Shown here: positions 56,204 to 64,000 of the stretch, piece after piece
How positions within the stretch are numbered: position 1 is the first letter of the stretch
Layout of the letters: every line of letters begins with the position of its first letter
Source: Kondoa subrosea
Taxonomy: Eukaryota
Direction: 5' to 3'
Length of the DNA: 64,000 bases
Assembly (NCBI GenBank): GCA_039545335.1
Contig: BCIN01000006.1
Location: 434,001-498,000, forward strand
Notes under the pieces: model-generated
The model's input: the letters and a program-made list of their open reading frames with translations, nothing else
What the model was told of the DNA's origin: nothing
The model's database searches: none
Translations under genes and position numbers: made by a program

Positions 56204-58167
56204 TTACAAGCCAAACCTAGTCCCATTTACAGCCGTCTCGATTACGCCTTGTACTATCCCATCAACGACTTTCACAGACCCGTCTGCATTCAATAAATCC
56301 CCATTCGGATGAGCCAGTTTGAAAACGAAAGCCAACAACAATTGTCCGACCACTTCAAAATTTTATATACATCAGCATACCAAACCCTCAGCCGAAAAAG
56401 CATAAAAAGCAAAGAACTGACCATCCATCAATGAAGAAAATAAAGGTAAAGCATGCAAATCCGGATCATAACCTGCTTTCCAAAGCGCAACGCTCATCAT
56501 ATAGGCTGTTCCCAAACAAATAGCCAAAACCAGTATGACCATAAGTAAGTAAAGGACTACCAGAGTAGCGTTAAGGTTGACTTGACCAGTCACTATAGCG
56601 AAGATGAGGAAAAGCCAAAGCATTGGAGTAGAGATCAAGAAGAGAGTAATGGCTGTCATTTTGTGAGGTGAAGTAGCGAAAGTTGATCCATGCAGAGAGG
56701 TGGAAATGCGTGAGATGAGAATAGCGCCGACATTGCCTGAAATACCAGTGACGACTGATGCAATGAGACCGAAACCTTTGAAAGCTGAGATGTAGTTTTC
56801 TAGTACTAGGCCAGTACCGCTGTAAAACCCAGATACCTTTACATCATTGTATTATGATGTAAATTGACCGGGCTTACCTTGAGATCAGCATAGCTGCTAT
56901 AAGTGTGAACCAACCGGTAGTAAGCAGTTCTTGAACATAAGCGTTCCGCATGCTGATAACGGCATTGATGGCGACCATGAAAAGAAGGGCAATGAAGACG
57001 AGAGTAGAGACGATGGTGCCTATCTGTAATATCAGTAGTTACCCTTTAAGCAGTAAGGTAGCGCAACGGACCCATCGACATGACCAGTACAGCGCTGACT
57101 AGTCCTAGTAGTACCAAAGCAAGCAAATCTCCCATACTTGCTGCAAGAGGAGTAGCAATATTATCCTGTCATCGCATACTCATTCAGCTCCATTTGTTGA
57201 AATCTCCTGCTCTCAAGACTTACCGGATTGATCCTCCATTTCCTACTCAACACGACCAAAGCGCACATAAAGCTACCCACAACCGCACTACTCAAACCAG
57301 CAGCCAACATACTTGCCGCAAGAACAGTAACGCATTCAAAATAGCCACCAATCTCTTGCGTGCTAGCAGGCGTCGATACTCTACTCAACAAACCAAGAAC
57401 AAAAGCTATCAAGCCAGCCAAAAGAGAGACTAGCAAAGCTTGAACTTGTAATAAGGCTAAATTACCAAAGACGAGAGTTTGACGAGTGAGTCTGATATCT
57501 AGTTCACCGATATTGGCTGAAGTGGAGAATCGAGCTGCGAGATTCATTTCGATGTTCCCTTTTAAGTTGAGCAGGATAGGCACTAGAATAAAGAGTTCTG
57601 GTACGCGTTGAAACGAAGTCCAGGTCTAATTGACAAGTCAATGAGCTACTGAAGAGACGCTGGAAAGGATGAGAGACAAGCGCACCTTCAACCGAGCTAA
57701 AAGTTCACCAGCAAGGACTGATCCAGCAGCTGAAAGTATGAGCATTGGTACCGTCTGCATATTCCTTAATCAGTTCCAATGCCGCAAGTGACAGAGAAGA
57801 TTGCCTACTTGGAAGGTCATCTCCTTTGCGAACTCTGCATAGGGATCAACATTCAATACGAGGCGCATCGTACATGCATGCGCAACTTTAGGCACTGACC
57901 TGCTCGTTGTCGACGCTTTTTGGCAGCTTTCCTCTGAGCAGGTGTCAATCCATCTTGTAGTGCAAGATCCAATCTACTACCACTACTACTACTGCCACCA
58001 TTCCCTTGCTGCCTTCCTAGAGATTTTGACTGAGTAGTACCAGATTCATCAATTCCGCTCGTTAATAAATACTCCTCGTCGTCCTCTGGGCTTTCAGCTT
58101 GGGTTACAGTGGTACGTGGTATTCGAGGAGAAGACTTGGTATCCGTGGAAGAAGCATTGCTTTGCAT
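56204..58167 (-). CDS. SLC41 / MgtE-family divalent cation (Mg2+) transporter
   Basis: Two MgtE repeats: PILLNLKGNIEMNLAARFSTSANIG and INP|DNIATPLAASMGD; then GISGNVGAILISRISTSLH and GYDPDLHALPLFSSLMD. Confidence 0.9.
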
Positions 58168-58934
58168 TCGCTTTTGGGGAAATCGCGGTCGTCGTGTTCC
58201 AACAAACAACGCGGTTTCGGGATTATTGTCAAAGTTGCAAAGGTACTTGATATATTGATACAGCGCAGTATGGAGGAGTATAGCTAAGACATTGTACAAG
58301 ATGAGATCATATGATTTGTCGATACAGTCTACCTACATCGCCTGCCAAGAAGCAATCAGCCAGTACCTTACCTGGCTGAAACAGTTTTCGCCCATGTCCA
58401 TTGCATGAAGGATGCAGCATCGCTTGGAATTGCAGTGTACCGGATTGACGGCATCAATAAGATTGAGGTGTCGAAGATCGAAATCGCAGTTGACCATGAA
58501 AGAAGCCAAACTTGTTGAGATCATTTTATTTTAAGATCATGTAAGCCCGAGGCAAGGATATAGTTGATAGGCTGCAGAACAGCTGAGATCGAGATGAAGA
58601 AGATGAGTGGACTGCTTGCTCCCTCATCGGTATGACTGGAGAAGACGTTTGTCAATGCTTGATCAGAGGTAAGAGACAAGTAGTGATTCTTCAGGACCGC
58701 TGAGAAGCCAAGATGAGAGCGTTTCCCGGCCGCCAAAGAAATACTGATCATAGCGAGAATTGCAAGAGCACAGTGCCTTCTAACACAACTAGAAGTTCTT
58801 ACAGAAGTGAACGGAGGTACTTAAACACACCGTGTATCGGAGGAGAGAAGTAATAACATGCAAGCTGAAGAAGAACAACCCCCGAAAGCCAAACCTTATA
58901 AAAAGAGGCTTTCGTCTAATAACAACGAATCGCA

Positions 58935-59234
58935 ATGCAAATCAAGATAACCTATCAGATCAAGCACACCACACCTACTCCCTCCGGTTTGGAGGATAAT
59001 GAAGAGCTACTTTTCCCTTTGGCGAACGAAGGAGATCATTTAACTAATTTGACAAAAGCAATAGCAGAAGCAACGGAAACGATGAATGAAAGGTTGACAT
59101 TGTGGAAAGATGCAATAGGCAATAGTGAGAAGGAGAGAGAACGTCAAGCGGAAGAAAAGGCTAGGCAAGCGTTGCGGGTTAAAAAAGCGAATGGTGTTGT
59201 TGAGTCGAGTGATGAGGAAGAGGAAGAGGCGTAG
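58935..59234 (+). CDS. GON7: Probable EKC/KEOPS complex subunit Gon7-like protein
   Basis: 99 aa with an N-terminal beta segment (IKITY), the helix HLTNLTKAIAEATETMNERLTLWKDAIG and an acidic tail DEEEEEA, matching the Gon7 layout. Confidence 0.55.
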   Translation: MQIKITYQIKHTTPTPSGLEDNEELLFPLANEGDHLTNLTKAIAEATETMNERLTLWKDAIGNSEKERERQAEEKARQALRVKKANGVVESSDEEEEEA

Positions 59235-59820
59235 TTTAGGATGCTAGAAAGGTGATCTTTGCTATGCAAGAAGCCCGAATTGAAGAGCTGTTGATGGTCT
59301 CGGCAACGCTGCATTGCAAGGTTAGTCGGATCAATGTCTTATATTATCGCGTGGATACACTGACAGTAACCTCATAGGTCATACGATCTCTCGGTGTTCT
59401 ACTCTTCCGACTCCTGTGCTTCCTCTCTCGAAGGCACCGAACCAGATCTTTGTCAACGACACAAGCTGAAGATCCTCGACACCATCGTGCACTGCAGTTC
59501 GAGCCAGCTTATTACAAGAGAAAACTAATCCGGAAGCACTGGGACAAGCATGCAACGAAGGGTCTATAACATACCAGAAACTGGGGTCATGGGATGATCT
59601 ACATTGAATTATGATGCACCAAGGAGATCTTTGTCTTCAGGGAAATGTCCGCACAGTTAACACGCAGATTAGTATAGCTAGCATGAGCTTCCGCTGATGA
59701 AACATAATTACTGCTACTTGTCGAAAATACGACTCTCGCTCCGCAAGCACCATCCACATCTCAATATTGCAGCCTGATAGCGTGTATTAGCCCTTATTCT
59801 CGCTCTTTTTTCAACCCAGC

Positions 59821-60369
59821 ATGCCGCTCTACGAGCTCTTTGTGATTTCAATGAAATACGATGAATATGCACCTATAAGAAATCTCATGACCGCCTCTGC
59901 CCAATTCATTCGTCAGCAAGGTGGATTAGTCCGAACAGTGAATTTCAGGGGGAGAAGGAATTTAGTGCAGCCTATGAAAAGGTTTCAAGCCAAAGCCAAA
60001 ACTGAACTTATTGGAGAGTGCGTCCAATCCAATCGTCTTGCGCTGTGTTAGTCAGCTAAGCATTGAGGTCGGATACACAGTGTATGGACTATGCATTTTG
60101 ATGCGAACCCACCCACGTTGCAAAGACTTGGAAATATGCTCAGAGCGGATCCTCGGGTATTGAGGTAACTTCTTCTTCTTCTTCTTATCAGACTCAATCT
60201 CATCCCCTCATGATGCAGACATACGGCACTCAAGATCGGTACTACAATGGATCAAATCATCAAAACGAATCCATACGGTCATGGAATAGGGCGGGAGAAA
60301 ACAGTCAGCTATCAACCAGTCGAAGGATTGAAAGATGAAACACAGCGGTCATTCTTTGGTGGTTATTGA
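59821..60369 (+). CDS. MRP17: Mitochondrial ribosomal protein bS6m
   Basis: MPLYEL...FIRQQGGLVR....G.R.L.QPM...WTMHFDANP......LRADPRVLR. Confidence 0.9.
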
Positions 60370-60514
60370 ACTCAGATTTGGTGTACAGAATAGAGCATTT
60401 CATTTGCATTATGTAATTTTTTTACCCATATAGAAAGCATCAAAGAACACCCGAGAAACACGAGATACTGACGAAAAGCGAAACATTCACTCCTTCTTCT
60501 TCTTCTTTCACCCA

Positions 60515-63500
60515 CTATTGCAAGCGAGGGTATAAACTGGTATTTCCATCTCCTTCTTCTTCTTCCTGCTCGGCTTGGAAAGTGACTCTTCGTCCAGAAG
60601 CTGATCTAGGTAGACTTCCATTCGCCAAACCAGATTTCCTAGGTCCTCGAGCAGAACCAGGAGTTCGATGAGGTGTGTCGGAAAGCAACATTCCAGCAGA
60701 AGCTCCGGAAGAAGCTCCAACCCATTCCCAAGCAGGAAGCATTTCTCCTTTATAAAAAACAATGCCATATCAGAAATGCAGTTAAAAAGTTGTAAAGGAG
60801 TGTAATGAATACCTTTGATTTCCCTTTCACTGCATCGAACGTTGGAATTGCCTTCAACAATCTTGCTTACTTTTCGCCAGAGTGCTCTTCGAGTAGCAGG
60901 TGAATGTTCTTCTGCTAGAATATCATCTCGTAATTGAGCAGAAGCGACATAAGGAGTAGGTGTAACAACAGGATCAGAATAATAAGCTCGTTCCTGTTTA
61001 CTCCACAAGGTCAGCTTTCAGTTTAAGCAGACTACCATGAGAACAAGAAAGCTGACCTGATCTTGTAGAGCGCCATAAGCAACTTGTACCAGTTCTCTTA
61101 CTCGCTCATTCTCAGCCTTCGATTTCCTTCTTTTCTCCCTCAAGTAAAGGATCATAGCCAAAGCGCTCAAAGTACTACTTAATTCAGTCTTGTGCTTTGA
61201 AGCGCTTTCGTAAGAACGTTTCTTGATCCAGCAACCAAGTGGTAAGTCAGCAGTGGTAGAAGTAATGTAGACTTCTCCGCTAAGAACGCTTTTATCGGCA
61301 TACTGAAAAAAGATCGTGGAACATGGACAGTACTCACTCTGCATTTTCACCTCGTTTGATCTCATTATGTTTCTCCATATCACTCAAAGCCTTGTCAAAG
61401 TATTCATCCCATAAATCAGTCGGGATCTTGTCCTGAAAAGTAAACAGACCAATTTCAAGGCTTTTCCGATCGATCTTTCGGAAAACTCACGACACCTTGG
61501 AAATCCTTCATCCCTTCTTTTAACTCTCCCAATTTCAAGCCATACCAAACAGCTTCATCCAACGAATCTTTTCCTCTACTTCTACCAGAACATTCAACTT
61601 CTCCTCTATGAACTTTCAATTTCCCTTGCAAACCAAGAACCAATTGAGCAACTCGAATTTGTTTTTCCGTATCAGGAACGCAAACTTCAGGTAAAGGAAT
61701 CAAGTTGAACGTTGCGGCTGATAAGAAAGATTGTCGTCTAACGAAATCTTTGTTGCAGGCTATGAATTTGCCTTGCAGACAAACACCATTGATTGGGCAA
61801 GGCATACAACTTGGTCGAAGTCCATAAGTGGTGAGAGTGGAAGGTTGGTGGACTAAAGCGACGGAATTGGTTTCTGGTGAAGTTGGGGAAGCGTTAAGTT
61901 CACGTGTTGCTTGAATGGAATTGGTTGTCACACCAGTATCACAATAGCCTACTGCTAGTTGCTCGGAACGATACCAACCCAAATATGAAATGATTGCGAG
62001 AAGCACAGGAAGCCAACCGAATGATTTGACTGGCGCTAATGCAGAAGTGGAAGATCGAACAGCTACTTGGTGCTGATTAGAAGCTTTAGCAGGAAAATCT
62101 CGATGTTGCGTCTTGGGTGATTTCTTGAGTGGTTCAGGTTGAACAAAGACTTGAGTTGAGGACTCTTGAGCTGCCAAAGTCTTCTTTGGCGAGGCTTTAG
62201 GTGGAGATTTTGGTGGAGAAGGTTTGCTCTGATTCATTGCTACAGGAGGTTGTTGTTGGCCAGAAACTTGACGCATCAATTGCTTGACATGTTCAGGAGT
62301 AGCTTGAACGGAACTGACGTCCATGTATTTCTGGAATTGAGGCACACTGACTGATCTATTGATAGCAGCAGGTGGTGTATCAACCAGCGGAGAAGCGAGT
62401 TGTCGCGCAGCACGACGGGGAGAAGGTTTCTTCTGGATTTGTTCGGGTTCGGGAACTGATTCGAAATCAGCATCCATTTCAAAATCCGGAGGAGCTGGAG
62501 TCTCATCAAAAGCCGGATCATCAAAAATGGAAGATTGGTTGATGAAGGATTCGGTAGCCAGACTCGAACGAGGCTTGCGGACGCTGCTTCGACGATCTGA
62601 TCGATCTACTAGAGAAGGCATAGACTTGCTGCTGCTCAAGGTACGAGGTGCTGCAAGTTCAGAGGAAGCCAAAGATGACTGAAGACAATAGTCAGGGGCG
62701 ACTCCTGGGCTCCAACAATGGAAAACTAACCTTCCTACGTTTCTTCCTATGACTATCACCGCTATCATCTGCACCCTTCTGGAAAGGATTGTAGTCAGAA
62801 AAGCCAGATTCGTTAGCCCCTGCAGGTTCGCTTGAAATATGATCCTGTGCGGCCAAGGTAGTCAACAATGACCGATTATGATTGTCCACTCGTCAACGCA
62901 CCTCTTCAATCTTTGGGACAGGAGGAACAATGACAACATGGGGAGCAGGAGCTTTTCCGATAGATTTGCGAGGTCTGACAACAGGAGGTTTAGGAATAAC
63001 TACTGACGGGACTTCTGGATCTTCGTAGAAAGCAGCCTGTACGTCGTGATCATACCCTAGGTCAACAAAGAACACAGTATGTATTGCGACTTACAGGTTT
63101 CTTTGCGCTGGGAGGCGCAGGTGGATCTGAAGAAGGTACTGGTGGTACTGCTGCAGAATTCTTGGGAGGTCTTCCTCTTGGCCTTTTAGCAGGTACGATG
63201 ACAGGCTATCATAATGAGTGTAAGTTACACGTGTTTTCTGAGGTGTCTTTGTTGCATACCTGTACATCCTCCTCTTGTGGCTCTTCGATATCTTCCTCAG
63301 CGCTTTCCGGTTCGATAGCAGCCTTCTGCGGGACAGCTAAGGATCTTCTGCTTCGCGAAGTAGGTAAAGGAGGAGCAATTGATTTCCTAGGTTTCGTAGC
63401 TTTGATTGATGCAAGACTAGTGGTTCTGGTCATTCTCCTTGGTGCATCGAGCATCTCTACATCCTGAGTCTCTTGCTGAGTCTCTTTAGGGTCCTCATCC

Positions 63501-63775
63501 ATATCGTTAGACGATTGACTTGAGTTGTTTGAAATGCGTAGAATGCCTCTGTCTGAAGGTGTAACTTTCTTTCTCTCTGCTAAGATAGCACTGGCTCTAG
63601 GCGTGACTTTAGCCTTGAACAGCTTGACCAATTCCGGTTTCTTGGCTGAAGTATGGAATTCGCCAGTGTATTCCAACAAAAGGGACCTTAGTTGCGGAAC
63701 CTTGAGTGACTCCGGTGCGAAGCCTGGCTGGAGGTGAGCATCTTCTGGCGCTACTGTCACAGTCTCGCGAGCCAT
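60515..63775 (-). CDS. SRC1: Inner nuclear membrane LEM/HeH protein Src1/Heh1 (Man1-Src1 C-terminal domain)
   Basis: N-terminal HeH domain LQPGFAPESLKVPQLRSLL..HTSAKKPELVKLF, FSDYNPFQ, TM-WYRSEQLAVGYCDTG, CMPCPINGVC, CVPDTEK, QLRDDIL, and LWRKVSKIVEGNSNVR...WEWVG. Confidence 0.92.
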
Positions 63776-64000
63776 TGTGGGAGAATTCCAAGATGTTAAT
63801 TTGGTGGATCAAAACAAACCGGAAATCGAAAAAGCAAAGGTGCATAACACGGAGGCGTAGACGCAAGATACGTAATGAAGGACATGCAAGTGGAGAAGTT
63901 ATTTACAAAGCAGTCTATGATGATCACTTTCTACAGATCTTGTCGATTCGATCGAGCTCAGCGCGAACCTCTTCTATGTCTCTTGATTTGACAGATCCAG

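Noticed and set aside
58333..58751. Two short minus-strand ORFs starting MISISLA and MISTSLA
   Set aside because: The similarity does not extend beyond a few residues, and there is no supportable gene model.

Overview
This is compact, intron-rich fungal genomic DNA. Protein content and the short ~50-60 nt introns point to a basidiomycete, possibly Pucciniomycotina, though the taxon is inferred only. About 28 spliced protein-coding genes can be read. Core genes: DUO1, PRP16, LIN1/SNU40, LEU4, FBA1, LOS1, PRP9, GON7-like, MRP17, SRC1/HEH1, an SLC41/MgtE transporter, and adjacent homeodomain and forkhead transcription factors. Accessory genes: an Mx-like dynamin, DUF1264, SnoaL-like, two F-box proteins, a HAD hydrolase, an aldo-keto reductase, a thaumatin-like protein, a P450 and a degenerate acyl-CoA-synthetase-like protein. 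The best novelty candidate is hidden from the ORF track by introns: two inverted paralogs (416-2188 minus; 18493-19962 plus) encoding secreted proteins. Each mature chain begins with His and carries WWRNNHxGGFIR and QWxxFG..SPFxACxD motifs, which suggests a copper histidine-brace LPMO-like family I cannot assign to a named CAZy family. No rRNA, tRNA, CRISPR array or transposon was recognised. Gene boundaries come from manual splicing and are approximate.
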